A stretch of DNA of 40,115 nt from Octopus bimaculoides (GCF_001194135.2 NC_068981.1:10831127-10871241); one strand, 5' to 3'; shown: positions 1 through 13,271, numbered from the stretch's first letter. Numbers and translations: made by a program. Notes: a model not told the origin generated them from the letters alone.

Positions 1-71
<71 letters not shown>

Positions 72-78
72 TAGATAG
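1..78. repeat. (AG)n/(AGAC)n microsatellite
   Basis: Direct reading. Confidence 0.98.
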
Positions 79-221
79 ATAATTGTATAAACTCTCAAAT
101 TAAGAGCAAATAAACATATTCACTTCTGAATTTGTGTTTTTCTTGTAACACTACAACAATGATGCACTTTTCTTATATTCATTCTCCATTCTCGTTTCTA
201 ACTCATTGTCGTTCTTTGTCC

Positions 222-292
222 AATGACGATGACGACGACGACGACAACAATAACAACAACAACAGCAAAGATGATGATGATGATGCTGATGA
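222..292. repeat. Compound trinucleotide repeat (GAC/AAC/GAT)n
   Basis: Direct reading. Confidence 0.9.
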
Positions 293-1956
293 TTCTTTTG
301 TTTTTGTTATTTGATTCATCACGTTATGACAATTTTTTTTTATCAACTTCAGACAAAATCAATAACACAGTTATCGTTCTGACGTGTGACAGACAACACA
401 TAATATAACATACAAACTCTCACATTCTATACAAATTATTTCAAACCTTTGCTTTCAATTTACTTCACTCGCCTAATTTTTTTCTGTCCTTTTATTGTTG
501 TCGCTTTCACGATTTTTTTTTTATTAATAAATAATTAATTTTCTTTGAGTATTGAGGATTATTTTCTACGGAAAAAAAAATCATTAAATTATAATAGTTT
601 TTATATGAAATTAATGATTTCTTAATTTTATTGATATAAATAAACCAATTAATGATTTTTATCATTAATCGAATTCCAATAATTATTGGGTATATTTTGT
701 GTGTAAAAAAGTAAAACTCCCCCCTCCCACTTGAGAGCTCTGTCAAACTCTAATATATAAACGTAATAGCAAACACACACACAAACACACACAAACGCAC
801 GCACACACACAAACACACTCACATACAAATACACACGCACAATTATATATAATAGTACATTATATATAACCATTATTATACATATTTTACAAAAAATTAT
901 TTAAAGTGAAAGAGATGTTTGAAAACATTTAGTGGAGATAAAATATACAATCTCTTTATATGTGTCTTTTAGAAATTAAATTCGAAGACATTAAAAATAT
1001 TATACATTAAAATCTCTTTTACATTTTGATTTATCTAATATTATTTTAGTAAACTATATATAGTTAATAATAAATATTCAATAAAATTAAAGCTTTGGAT
1101 GACAGCAAAATAAAGTGTAAATAGTAGACGAAGAATACTGTGTTTGGTAAAATAAATGGGAATTTTTAATTACTAAGATAGAAAAATAGGGAGTTAAAAT
1201 CCTCAGCTTTTGTATTTCTAAATAATTCAGAAAATATAAATTTTATAGGAATATCTAATATTCCCCAATTATTCTTTGTTCCTTTCTATTTTTATTTACT
1301 AACATTACACATATATATATATATATATATATACACTCCTAATTAATGCACGTAGATGTGTGTGTGTGAGTTTGTATATTTGGTTACGAGTGTGTGTGGG
1401 GCTATGAGTGTGTGTGTGTGTGTGTGGCTGTGTGCATGTGTGCGTGTGCGTGTGTGCTATACTTAAAATGTACATACCCATATTCATATGTACAAATATG
1501 GGTTAGAGTTGCTTGTTGAAGATGGCGTCGAAAAACCTCATTCTTTACTCTGCTCAAAAGTTCTTGGGAATGACTCATTGATATCTTCAAGAGTAAAACA
1601 GCCTCTGGAAGTAGCATATCATCTTAATGCATTTGATGATCACGACACATTTAAGATAAAGACAAATTAATCGAGGACAATAAGGACACTGTCCAAACAG
1701 GGCTTTGTAGCACAGTACAAAGACAAAGAAAACCGCACAATATCGTTGAGAAGTTCCTTAGACATAATTGAACAAGCAAACAAAACAAAATTTCAGATAT
1801 CCTTCTTTCTAATGACAGAGTCCAACCAAATCATTGAAAATGTCTCAAGATCTTTGTCTAAACGTTATTGAACTAATCAAATTTAGCTCAGCAAAAATTT
1901 ATGATGAACACTAAAGCTGCTAAGTTTTCATAACTTTGTTTTTGCTAGGTGCATAT

Positions 1957-2363
1957 TAGAGAGATATCTGTTAGTCTCCTGAGACCGTGGATCTGCACTT
2001 AGAAAGTTTGGTTTTGGTTTGGCTAGCAGAAAAAGCATCTGCTGTGTCTGTAGACACCTAAGTGTGAGCGTCAGTCCCGGCTCTAGTGACTACATTTGAA
2101 GGCACTCTCGATCGGCCTGTCTTGTTAAATATTTTTTGTCGAATTTGCATGTTTTCATCAGTATTACTCAGACTCTCTTATCGTCTTTTAAAATCCATAT
2201 TTATTTCAGTTTCTATCGGGAGAGATGACCAGCAATGTTTTCCTACTTATAAACATTCATGTAAAAAGACTTCATGTTCTTCCAAACAACTTTGAAACAA
2301 AGATGGGAGTCGTCTTTGTGCTTGTGTTCCCTTGTGGGGGACCATTTTACCTATAGCAGATCT
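1957..2363 (-). mobile_element. 5'-truncated RTE-clade LINE nested in the hAT element
   Basis: Minus strand encodes HLCFKVVWKNMKSFYMN.. and FKCSH*SRD*RSHLGVYRHSRC (RTE C-terminal zinc-finger-like motif), then an RTE-like 3' end gatccacggtctcaggagactaacagat. Flanked by ggtgcatat (1948-1956) and ggtacatat (2364-2372). Confidence 0.75.
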
Positions 2364-3014
2364 GGTACATATGTAGTGAAAAACTGAAGGGAGAATTTTT
2401 CCTATGAAATTCCCCTGCAATGCACAAAAGGTACGGACATCATTTAGAGCATAAAAAGACTCCCATGACAAAACACAACCCCACATAGAGCGAAGCAGAG
2501 TTCAATTTGTATTGATAAATTCACAGCCATAATCGGTATCAGAACAAGCTTCAGTCTACTTGTGAAACAAAATGCCCGTTACATGAACCATGAGAGCATC
2601 ATATCTTGTTCTTCAAAGACATGCACCAGCTACGTAAATTCTCCTATTTGAAAATCCGAAAATTACTTTGTAGAAACATATCGAAGCAATTAATTTGATT
2701 TGTGCCCAAACTCTGAACCGCTTTTTGTTCTGAGCATTCCATTCTGAGCATATTGAGCATATTACAGTTAGAGCGCTCTCAAGTGGACTTGCGCTAAACT
2801 CAATACCGAAGAAGTGGCTTTTCTTTGTTAATCAGCATTCTAAGTTACAGAAACGTTTGTTAATTCAAGGTCCGTTGTCTGTTTATTGTATTTTTCCAAT
2901 ATATATTCTCGTATTAAGCAAGTCCACAAAAAGAGACAGTATTGCAGGAAAAGTTGGATTCATTGGCACGAGAAGTCCAACAAAGAAAATTTGAAATATG
3001 TCCAAGAGGTCAGT

Positions 3015-3117
<103 letters not shown>

Positions 3118-3599
3118 ACAGGCGCGTTACCGAAAATAAATGAAGATATCACAGGTTTTTAACATCGAGAAGCTCCAATTCACTGGTTTGTTTCCAGAAG
3201 ACTTCATACCTGCAGAAAATTGTTGGATATTACGAATGATTGTCAGAAATAAAATCTAGCAACCCAGTGAAAGACGATCTGATTGACGTTTACCCCACTG
3301 CTAGTCTTAAAGATGAATTTCATAGAGTTGGCGTGAATTTGTGAATGAAATTTTCATATTTATTCCCTCAGTGAACCTTCAAATTATTTGTTTCCATTGA
3401 ATCTACACATTTGAGAGAAACAGGTTTCTCTACTTTGGTAGCGATGAAGATAAAGTTAAGGAACCATAAAACATTTACAACATCATTGTTGTTGTTGTTG
3501 TTGTCGTCGTCGTCGTCACCGTCATCATCATCATCATCATCATCATCAACGACAACCTCTGGTTTCCATGACCGAGATCACAACATGTTCCCTGAACAT

Positions 3600-3750
3600 G
3601 GCGTCAGTCCATGACAGAGTTACTCATTTAGCCTAGGGAACTGGAGCAACGTGTAATAAAATGTTTTGCTGAAGAACACAACACACCGCCCGGTCCGAGA
3701 ATCGAAACCACGGTCTTTCAATCGTGAGTGCAACTCTCTAATTACGAAGT
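3600..3750 (-). mobile_element. tRNA-derived SINE head (family C-related), degraded
   Basis: Minus strand ..gttgcactcacgattgaaagaccgtggtttcgattctcggaccgggcggtgtgttgtgttctt..; B-box GGTTTCGATTC; similar to 31895..32069. Confidence 0.7.
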
Positions 3751-4249
3751 TAGGTACTTTCATTATTTTGTGTTTGATGTAAAAAATAAAGTTGTTTTAC
3801 TTTTATGTGTATTCTCTTATTTATCTTTTGTTCATTTTCATTGTTGTATTATATTTCTTTGATAAATAAACTTCATTTTTTATTTTTTATTTTTTATTCT
3901 ATATTTAATTTTCATTCTCGTATAATAATAATTCTTTGATAAATAAATTTTATATTTTGCTTTGATACATTTTTTGTATCCTTACTTTCCTTTAACAAAA
4001 TTTTTGAGCAAAGTTTTACTCAGAAAATTGCTTCATCTTTTTCTGAGTATCTCATTTGAATTTGTATTCTTATTTTCGAGAGTAAGGGAGTATATGGCTA
4101 ATTACGCCCCATTGGAGTAAATAAATGACAGTTGATGGCTTTAGAGTTACCCAGCCGTTAGAGTTCCCCAATGCCTAATTCTGTGTCCAATATCCAATTG
4201 CATATAATAGTTTGAAATTTTAGCTAGTGGGGGATGTTAGTCGATGGCA

Positions 4250-4405
4250 TCGTTCTCAGTACTTTGACTGGTATATGTTTTGTCGAGTACAAAAAGATGA
4301 AAGGTAAAAGCGACCTCACTGGAGTGTGAAATCAGAACAAAGAACTGGGAGAAATGGTGCTGATCATTTTGTCCCACGCGCTGACATTTTGTTGACTTAC
4401 CGCCA
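4250..4405 (-). mobile_element. SINE family A, degraded
   Basis: Diverged match to the family A core (gatgaaaggtaaaagcgacctc). Confidence 0.55.
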
Positions 4406-4705
4406 TTCCAATTGCATACATTGTCTATCACGTGATGAACTTTAGAGACGAGACGATTAGGAAATAACTATAATCAAATGAATAAAAAAAAAAGCCATCG
4501 GTGGAGCGATGCATACCCTATGTGCAGATACAGTTTTTAGTAAATTATAGTGTGGCTTACAATATGTTGCTTACCCATGCTTTTTAATTGAAATGAATTA
4601 ATTCTTTCTTTTTTCCGTATCACCATTATAGGTATTTCTACATTTCTACTCCAGTGAAATCAAGAAATCAACTTGTAAATAAACGAAACCCTCGAATCCA
4701 TCACT

Positions 4706-4741
<36 letters not shown>

Positions 4742-5004
4742 ACACACACACACGCACATACACACACACACACACGCACGCACACACACTTACGCTCACG
4801 CACGCACAGAGTTGCATATCTATGTATGTATTTATATATGTGCTCACACATGTCTACGCGCATAGGTATACCATGATCTATACACACACAGACGAAGGTC
4901 GATTCATATGAAAAGAAAAATGAACGAAATAATATGACCACTTGCTTATAGGAAAATTTGTAAGTTCGATTTAAAAAAAATAATTTGAGATAATCAAACC
5001 AAAT

Positions 5005-5235
5005 AATAGTTCTATATTTAAGAGATGAGGAATTATGTACATTATTTACATTATTTACATTTGACGGATATTTGTCCTCATCTTGTTTTTTGTTTACACA
5101 ACGTTTCGGCCGATATACCCTCCAGCCTTCATCCAGCCTTCCCCAAGACACCTGGTAAAGGCTGGAGAGTATATCAGCGGAAACAAAACAAGATGAGGAC
5201 AAATATCCGTCAAATGTAAATAATGTAAATAATGT
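5005..5235. mobile_element. Fold-back Penelope-like element end (family P1) with degenerate hammerhead motifs and a 12-bp TSD
   Basis: Arm tacatt..gacggatatttgtcctcatcttg..ccagcc is mirrored by ggctgg..caagatgaggacaaatatccgtcaaatgta. atcaaaccaaat flanks both sides (4993-5004, 5236-5247). A same-family copy lies at 29997..30120. Confidence 0.8.
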
Positions 5236-5247
5236 ATCAAACCAAAT

Positions 5248-5392
5248 GTTCATCATATCAAGCCCCAGTGAATATTTCTGCCAAATGTGGTGAAAATCCG
5301 TCCAACCGTTTTCCAGTAATTTTGCAAACACACAGACAAACAAAGACGAGTGATTACAATACTCTGCTTTCGCTTACGCGCGCAGGCTAATA
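5248..5392. mobile_element. Possible Helentron/HINE-like non-autonomous element fragment
   Basis: ccaaatgtggtgaaaatccgtccaaccgtttt followed by (ACAG)-type repeats resembles the HINE/DINE architecture. Pattern recognition only. Confidence 0.4.
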
Positions 5393-5472
5393 GGAAGTAT
5401 ATGCTTAAATCCTAATTTCCATTTGTGCTCATTAATATATCCTTTCTATCTGAAATTTGCGTGGAGGGGGCT

Positions 5473-5628
5473 AGTCAACATTGTATCGACCTCAGTATTT
5501 AACTGGTACTTAATTCATCGAACCCGAAAGTCGACCTCAGTGGAATTTTGAACTCAGAACGTTAAGACACGAAATGCCGCTGAGCATTTTGTCGAGCGTG
5601 CTCACGTCTATGCCAGCCAGCTCCGCTT
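5473..5628 (-). mobile_element. SINE family A copy
   Basis: Reverse complement of the head and core seen at 6339..6569. Confidence 0.8.
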
Positions 5629-5769
5629 TTTCGTGTTCATTAATGACCCTTTCACCTGTAGGCACAATGTCTGAAAGTTTGGGGGAATGGGTAAGTCGAT
5701 TACATCGGTCCCAGTGCTTGACCGGTACACACACACACACACACACACGCACGCATGCACAGTCACGCT

Positions 5770-5925
5770 CACATATATACGATGAACTTCTTTCTTATTC
5801 CGCCATCTAAATCCACTCACAACACTGTGGTCGGGCCCGAGGCTATAGTTGAAGACTTGCCCAAGTGGGACTGAACCGAGAACTATGGGACTAGGAGCAG
5901 ACGTCTTACCACATTGCCATGCCTA
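5770..5925 (-). mobile_element. SINE family B head (CORE-like)
   Basis: aaatccactcacaa..ggtcgggcccgaggctatagttgaagacttgcccaag matches 23139..23293. Confidence 0.8.
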
Positions 5926-6338
5926 CACCAATGTCTTAGTTTTCAAAACTAAGATACAAGTAAAACACAATCAAACACACATATGGAAGTTTGGTTAATG
6001 ATCTCTAATAATAGCAAAATATGCCGGCAATCGTCGCTCGTACTCGCTGAAATGATTTATAACATACAACATCAGTCTTGTTGAGTTAATGCATTTTCTT
6101 GGCCGGTTTGCTATTTCTAACTGGAATTTTTATGCCTATGAAACTTACTATTTTAAGAGCTGTTTAATTGATTGTTATTCAAGCAGATGATGGCGTTGAT
6201 TGATAATTAGTGTAATTTCTTTATTTCTTTATTCATTCATTGATTCACATGTACATAATATACACACATACATAAATTACATGCATACCTACCTACATAC
6301 ATAAAGCGTACATGCACACATATAAACACACGCATAAG

Positions 6339-6569
6339 GTGGCGAGCTGGTGGAAACACTAGCACGCCGGGCGAAATGCTTAGCGGTATTTCTTCTGCCG
6401 CCATGTTCTGAGTTCAAATCCCGCCGAGGTCGACTTTGCCTTTCATCCTTTCGGGGTCGATTAAATAAGTACCATTTACGCACTGGGGTCGATGTAATCG
6501 ACTTAATCTCTTTGTCTGTCCTTGTTTGCCCCCTCTGTGTGTAGCCCCTTGTGGGTAGTAAAGAAATAA
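6339..6569 (+). mobile_element. Full-length tRNA-derived SINE family A with a 19-bp TSD
   Basis: Head ggtggcgagctgg, B-box gagttcaaatcc, core ggtcgactttgcctttcatcctttcggggtcgat, tail ccccttgtgggtagtaaagaaata. atataaacacacgcataag is repeated at 6320-6338 and 6570-6588. Confidence 0.93.
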
Positions 6570-6689
6570 ATATAAACACACGCATAAGTGAAGTCTTTAG
6601 TTACAAGAATCAGTTAAGTAGCACCAATACTTGTCGAAATTGGAAAATTTTTCTGTAATCGTTTATCACGGGCCATTTTATATGCTATA

Positions 6690-6895
6690 AGAGGCAAGAT
6701 GACAGAATCCTTAACACGTGGGTTAAAATTCTTAGCGGCATTTCTTCCGGCTCTTTACATTCTTGATTACAAAATCCGCCGAGGTCAACTTTGGTTTTCA
6801 TCCCTTCGGAGTGGATAAAATAAAATACAAAACGAGTACTGGGGTTGATGTAATCGATTTGTCCCTGCTCCCCAAAGCAAATTGTTGGCATTGAA
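6690..6895 (+). mobile_element. SINE family A, degraded, alternative tail
   Basis: ccgccgaggtcaactttggttttcatcccttcgg..actggggttgatgtaatcgat. Confidence 0.75.
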
Positions 6896-7929
6896 TTCTG
6901 CATCGGACCGGTGTCGCGTTGAGTGGTATTGTTGTGATCTGGGTCACTTAAACGCCAGGGAAACCAGGTTACTGCCCTTATGAGTCCTAGAACTAAAGAC
7001 AAACAAAGCTAATAGGACACCAAGCGATAGAAGAGATTATCTCTAAAATCGCCTGATACAAAATCTATATATAAATACACACAAACGTTAAAAATATTGC
7101 AATATCGACACTGAACACGTTTGACTTACGAGAAAACCAGTTTTACCAAGAGATAAGTAGATTATGATCTTTTATCGATCTTATTGATCTGCGATCAATG
7201 AAAAACATAGTGAAATGACCCAGTAATGATTAAGCACAGCAGAATTTGAAATCGGGATTTACGGAACCATTAGAGCATATCACACGTTTTGCAGTACTTG
7301 TTCTTGTTCTTGTTCTGTATCATTTGTGGTCAACTTTGCATTTGATCCTTCTTGAGTCGACAAACTTAATTACCAATCACGGATTAGAATCAATTTAATT
7401 GACAAACCCATTTCCAAAAAATGTTTGGACTTGTAACTCTGCTACAACCAATTATTAGTATGGAGATAAATTTAAATACTGTATTACTATAAAATCGCTT
7501 CATTGTGGATTTAAACAAAAATCATGTAAACACATCCTTTATACATGACTGATGTGCAGAAAATGCAGAGGGAGTCTCTTGCTGGATCATTTGACGGACT
7601 GTCGGCTGCTTTTCAGGGAAGACATACCTCGCTTTCTTTCCCGATGAGTAACATAGATCTGTTTATTTATGTACAATATAGCAAAAATCAGAAGAAATGA
7701 AATAATTTTAAATAATATAATGCTTTACAGAAGTCGCAGCCAGCTTCTTTACTTCAACAATAGCAACAAACTGTAAAACGGTTCATCATGACGTTTCTTC
7801 CCTGTTCTTTTCCCGCATCCATAGTACAGAAAGGATATCTTTATATTCTTATTTCATCCATAGTAAGGCGTTGTAATGTTTAAACTTATTTTAATTCTTC
7901 TGATTTATTCTGTATTGTTTATAAATATT

Positions 7930-8034
7930 TATTTCTTTATTGCCCACAGGGAGCTAAACATAGAACGTAACGGCAGACGAAATACCGCTAGGCATTTCAC
8001 CCGGCGTGCTAACGTTTCTGCCAGCTCGCCACGT
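7930..8034 (-). mobile_element. Internally deleted SINE family A copy with a 15-bp TSD
   Basis: The tail tatttctttattgcccacagggagctaaacataga is fused directly to the head acgtaacggcagacgaaatacc..ccagctcgcc. Flanks: ttgtttataaatatt (7915-7929) and ttgtgtataaatatt (8037-8051). Confidence 0.85.
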
Positions 8035-8331
8035 TGTTGTGTATAAATATTGCTAAATAAATGACGAGTTGCCAAAGCAAAATTATGAAAATTAGGCAAT
8101 AATTCTCACTGCTAACGTAATCTATAACTGTTTTATAAGCAGCAGATGTATGCTACAGATTGAGAAAGAAAGCTAGTAGTCTCCTGTGAGGGACGGGCAA
8201 CAAACCATGAAATGCTCTTTTAGGAGACTGCATCCTTCTTTTTTTCTCACACCAATATTATAGAAAGAATATATTTATCTTCTTTTTCATATTCATCCCG
8301 CAGTGAAGACTTTTAATATTTAAATTTATTT

Positions 8332-8546
8332 CAAGGCGGCGAGATAGTAGACTCGCTAGTTCACCGGCGAAATGCTCAGCGGCGTTTCGTCCGTCTTAGT
8401 GTTCTGATTTCAAATTCCGCCGAAGTCAATTTTGTTTTTCATCCTGTCGGGGTCGGTAAATTAAGCTCCAGTTAACACTGGGGTCGATAAAATCGACTTA
8501 CTCTTTTCTCGGAAAATGCTGGCCTTGTGCCAAAATTTGAAACCAG
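8332..8546 (+). mobile_element. SINE family A, second tail type, with a 15-bp TSD
   Basis: tatttaaatttattt at 8317-8331 and 8547-8561; tail gctggccttgtgccaaaatttgaaacc. Confidence 0.88.
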
Positions 8547-9199
8547 TATTTAAATTTATTTTAGTTATGATTTTACACTGTTTTATGTGTAAATTGATAT
8601 TCTGAGTGTCGTCATCATCATCAATATTTACTCCTGAGCAGTCAACTGAATTTTGTTTTGGTGTTCCAGAAATTCTACTAAAAATGTTTCATTGGTGATT
8701 GGGAATCAAAATTTCTTTAATTTAAATTTATACAAACAGAACATTCTGAACAAACTGAAATTTATTTCTCATCAGTATAAAGGAAGAATTTAGGTACTTT
8801 AGACATTTTGTATTCCTCTTTGAAGACTTCTAAACAATGACACCAGCACAACAAAATGATACATTCTCATAGGACACAGAACAAATGTAAAGACTTAGAA
8901 ACAGAAGACATTTTCAACGAAGTACATGAAATATACTGCTCCTTTGTCACAAGAAGAAGGAAGAAATAATGATATCATGAAATGAACAAGTAATCCACTT
9001 GATTAGTGATGAGGGCGTCCTACACACATTAGCTGTATCGGTTTCTTCTTTTTCCAGTCTTGTTAGTAACAGAGAAAAGTTGAATGTGTGTGACTTAACA
9101 CGGTGACGCTGAGTATGGTAGAGTTGTGTAAACAAGGGTGTTACTGTTCTTCTTGACCACGTTGTAAGGAGAGCAAGAAAGAAAAACAAAGGAGCATAT

Positions 9200-9560
9200 A
9201 TTTGCACCGTTGTGGCACAAAGGATTTCCTTCCATCATCGATGCAACGATCACATGCAGCGCGCTGGTCGATGTATGGAGGAATATTAAATTCAACTGGC
9301 TGAAGTAAATAAACGTATGGTCTGTATCTGGAGCATGCAACATATCTAGAGCCCACAACAATTTGCATGCAGCATGCAAACAAGCAGAAAAAGTCCAATA
9401 CACACCTACATGTAATATTGTATCATAGTGCATGAGACGACGAGTCATGAATGCCAAGGTCAAGAGTATTAGTAACGACCTTGACTCTTGGTTTGTCGCT
9501 ACGGTCACGGGCAGCTTGTGAGTGCTGATGTAATGAACTATGACATGTAGTTGGGTGAAA
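9200..9560 (-). mobile_element. Decayed RTE/RTE-X LINE fragment (RT C-terminal region)
   Basis: Minus-strand peptides ATNQESRSLL and LLQP..PPYIDQR..DDGRKS resemble the RTE-X motifs ATVESVLLYG and LLWQP..TYIDQL..MDDR. Weak, from memory. Confidence 0.45.
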
Positions 9561-10203
9561 CCTTGATGGACACACAACTCCTCATGATCCCGAAGACTTT
9601 ATGTTCACTTCAAAATTGCTTCTTGTCGTGGGCCCAGAATGAAGTAGTAGTAGTAGCCAGAGGACGTGATTTGTTTTTGTCTCGTCCTACCTCAGGAGAT
9701 AAAAAACAAAAAGCAACTTCTCATCTTTACATTTCTGAGGTTGGATTATTCCACTTGTAAAGCAGTGACAACAGAAATTAAAATGAACGGAAGTAACAAG
9801 GCAATAATCAAAAAGGATTTTCCAATACGAAAACAAAAGAAAAAAGAAAGAAAAAATGAGATTTAAAATAAGACAAACTTAAAACGATGACATTGAAACA
9901 AACAGATATACATGCAAGTACAATAGTAAAGCTCGAAAACACTATCGTACGACACAAATGAGAACATGAGTAGCAGAAAACTTTTTAACAAGTAATTCTA
10001 ACAACTGTTCTTTTGCTAGCGTTACAATCCAAAGGGAGGTTTAAGCAGGGGTCAAATTTAAATAAAAAAAGTTGTTGTAGCAGTTTAGTACAAAGAATTG
10101 CGTATCCTTGTTTGAGGAATTTATCCCATCATTTAAAAAGACAATAACGCATACCTGCTAGAGGAAAACAAATGGGAACCTATGGAGTTAAAAGATGCTC
10201 AAG

Positions 10204-10616
<413 letters not shown>

Positions 10617-10659
10617 ATAATGTCCGCTTTACTCACATAGACAGGAGGCAGGGCATATG

Positions 10660-10695
10660 TATTCCTGGTATTCCTGGTATTCCTGGTATTCCTGG
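10660..10695. repeat. 9-bp tandem repeat (TATTCCTGG)x4
   Basis: Direct reading. Confidence 0.95.
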
Positions 10696-10779
10696 AATGC
10701 AAAACTTCGTCTAAGGCAAGAAGGACGACTGATCTGGAGGTCTGTATACTTGCCTACAAATTTTTTTTACGTTAATACA

Positions 10780-11880
10780 TAGCACAACGCAATACGAAGG
10801 TCATGTGTAAATTTGGTGGTAGCATAAATTCTTGGATCGATGTCCCCTTCGTGATCCAGTGCGAGGAGGAATATCATGAGCACCGAAGTGAAACAGAATT
10901 ATATGTGGTCGGGCGTGGCCTGTCTAGACCATGCAGATCTTCCTGACATTTGATGACCACTTGGAACTGTACTCTATTGTGGATACGAAGTGAAAGGCAA
11001 TGAAACTTGTGATGCACGACGAAATACCCATTTATTCAATGTTTAGCAACAAGAGCCATGTGACGGTTTTCTACCGTGATGAACTTGTACGTAGAGAAAG
11101 AGATGAAAACAGAAGAAATAGCAGCATCCAAAACAACAGTAGCTCCAAGAAAATGTTGTTGTCGGAATACAAAGAGTCGTACCACTATTTAAAGCCCTAC
11201 TGACTACGAAAGAAAGCACCCCGTCATCAGTGTCAGAAGCAGAGATGCCGTTTCCCTATAAAACCACCCCATCATATTGTGGCGATGAAGAGAATTTGGG
11301 GGCTGGAGAAGAATGGGAAACGTTTGTGACAGTCCCATCCCTAGGAAAAGCAGAAATATAAAACAGAAAAGAGGACTATGAAGAGACAGAATGAGCTCAG
11401 AACAACAAGGAAGGCTTAATAAGATTAGTCTACCTCCAATATTACTTAATATTGACAATAGAGCGCTCATCAGTATCCTCAGCGAATTTAAGGAAGACAA
11501 TGGAAACTTTATGTTGCTCGAGGAGGAGAGAAGTTTCGATTTTGTAAAACATTTAAACAATAAACTGCTGGTGTTAAATCAAGCGGGCAGCTTATGAGGG
11601 GTTATATATGATCTTTCCGATGGATGTGGCAGGATTCGAGCCTAGCCAGCCTTGAAAATGTTCACAAGCTCTTTTGAGAGTCTTGGTTTCAATACCAGAA
11701 GTGAAAGATTGTCGGGTTTGGTGAGTCTTAAACTAATATAGATGGAAGTTTCTCACTTGTCTGAGATTAGTGGGTGGAAGGGAGTAAGCTATCCAAATTG
11801 TAGGATGGGTTTGAATGCTCGTGGGTTTAAGCCAAGTGGTGGATTGTGTATAACGCTAGAGAATAGGAATATTTAATCTG
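10780..11880 (+). mobile_element. Possible 5' part of an L1/Tx1-like LINE (ORF1 remnant and start of the endonuclease ORF)
   Basis: RNTKV.., ELYVVGRGLSRPCRSS*HL (degenerate zinc-knuckle-like), a charged low-complexity stretch, then MGLNARGF (resembles the APE start SLNVRGL). Many stops. Confidence 0.38.
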
Positions 11881-11884
11881 ACGG

Positions 11885-12045
11885 GTTTCCAAACTGTTTC
11901 CGTCAACTTAGTTTCATTTGCAAGACTTTGATCGGCGAGAGGTGGTGGTGGTGGTAGAAGATATTTTTTGTACCAAAGTTCTGTGCAGTGGAATTGAATC
12001 TCAGATCCGTAATTGCGAAGTGAACTTCTGAATCACAAACCTTTG
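11885..12045 (-). mobile_element. SINE family B head, degraded
   Basis: tttccgtcaac..caagactttgatcggc..gcagtggaattgaatc resembles the family B head. Confidence 0.55.
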
Positions 12046-12339
12046 CAAATATTTTACCTCTGCATCAGGGAAGGGCACAAATTAATTGCTTCAAACGGCA
12101 TAATAACAAAAAGCGAAACATTCTCCCTATGTTAGGAAGAAAATAGCAAAGAAAAACTAGCGATTATCTGCATCTGAAAGAAACAAGAGAAATAATCTTA
12201 CCTTAAGCTACAATTAAGTATTGCTATTATTTGACGATACTTTTGGCAGTTTCACTTTGGATTTTAGTTAGTTACATATTTATATATACATGCATAAATA
12301 TACACACACAAAATATATCTAGATATACATAAATATAAG

Positions 12340-12762
12340 GCTACACAGATATATAAATATTAGATATATATGTACATAAATTCCCATATACATTCATATA
12401 TAAACATGTAAAAAAATGCACTAAAAAAAACCCTATCAAAACTAGCATTGTAGTGAAGTTGACAATTTACATCACAAATATACACATTTCTATGATTATT
12501 AGTTGCCGATGTACCTGAAGAAGATAAAGAGAAACAATATCATAATTTATACAGTGACTGTGATAGATAGACGGAGGGATAGATAGACAGAGGAATTGAT
12601 AGAGAGATAGATGGATAGATAGACAGCCAGCCAGACAGACAGATAGATAGTTAGTTAGATAGTTAGACAAATAGATTGAAAGAGGGTAAGATTTATGAAG
12701 AGCATGTAAGATAGAAACCGTGAATTTGATGTAAAAAAAATTATACGAAAAACTTGAATCTT
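12340..12762 (-). repeat. Right arm of the ~420-bp inverted repeat
   Basis: gctacacaga..caaaactagcattgtagtgaagttgac..gttgccgatgtacctgaagaag..gtaagatagaaaccgtga..gaatctt is the reverse complement of the left arm. Confidence 0.88.
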
Positions 12763-13227
12763 ACTATGTTTCTGTGGTTAAAATGGCTGCTTCACAATTC
12801 TGGCTGTGTGTGTAGTGTGTGTACGCACGCATATTTAGAATACATGGATAAAATCATGATCAGATATATCCGTTAATCAACTGTCACCCTGTCCCTATTA
12901 ATCGGATAGTCGTTATATTACAACAAACGTGTGCGATCTGTCATTTTGGTAAAAGCTACTTCTTGTCATTCCTTTGAAAGAAGGGTCCCAGTCGAAATTC
13001 TTCAACTCACCTTTCCTAATGGTACAAGGACAAACATTAGTTTATGTATTTTATTTACATGAATTACACTGTTACAAAAATTGTCGAGATACTTGAAGTT
13101 TGTATCACAGTTGAAGCAGAACAAAAAATACAAAACAAAGAAAGACTAAACAAAACTCACACATAAAGCGCACACGCGCGCAAATATTTGCAACACAGAC
13201 GCATACATATGAATGTGCGCACTCACA

Positions 13228-13271
<44 letters not shown>

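Noticed and set aside
4660-5343. 227-aa minus-strand ORF
   Set aside because: Stitched from a HINE-like fragment, the P1 palindrome and a (TG)n tract; the same peptide (KRCVN.KQDEDKYPSNVNN) recurs at the repeat copy near 30000.
9095-9577. 160-aa minus-strand ORF as a novel gene
   Set aside because: Overlaps frameshifted RTE-like motifs in a second frame; better explained as LINE decay.
10660-10695. (Ile-Pro-Gly)n collagen-like reading of the 9-mer repeat
   Set aside because: Only four units and the frame stops a few codons later; no supporting ORF.
12505-12560. CTGAAGAAG..GAAA hammerhead-like motif in the long inverted arms
   Set aside because: No convincing stem I or II pairing, and the mirror arm does not conserve GAAA.
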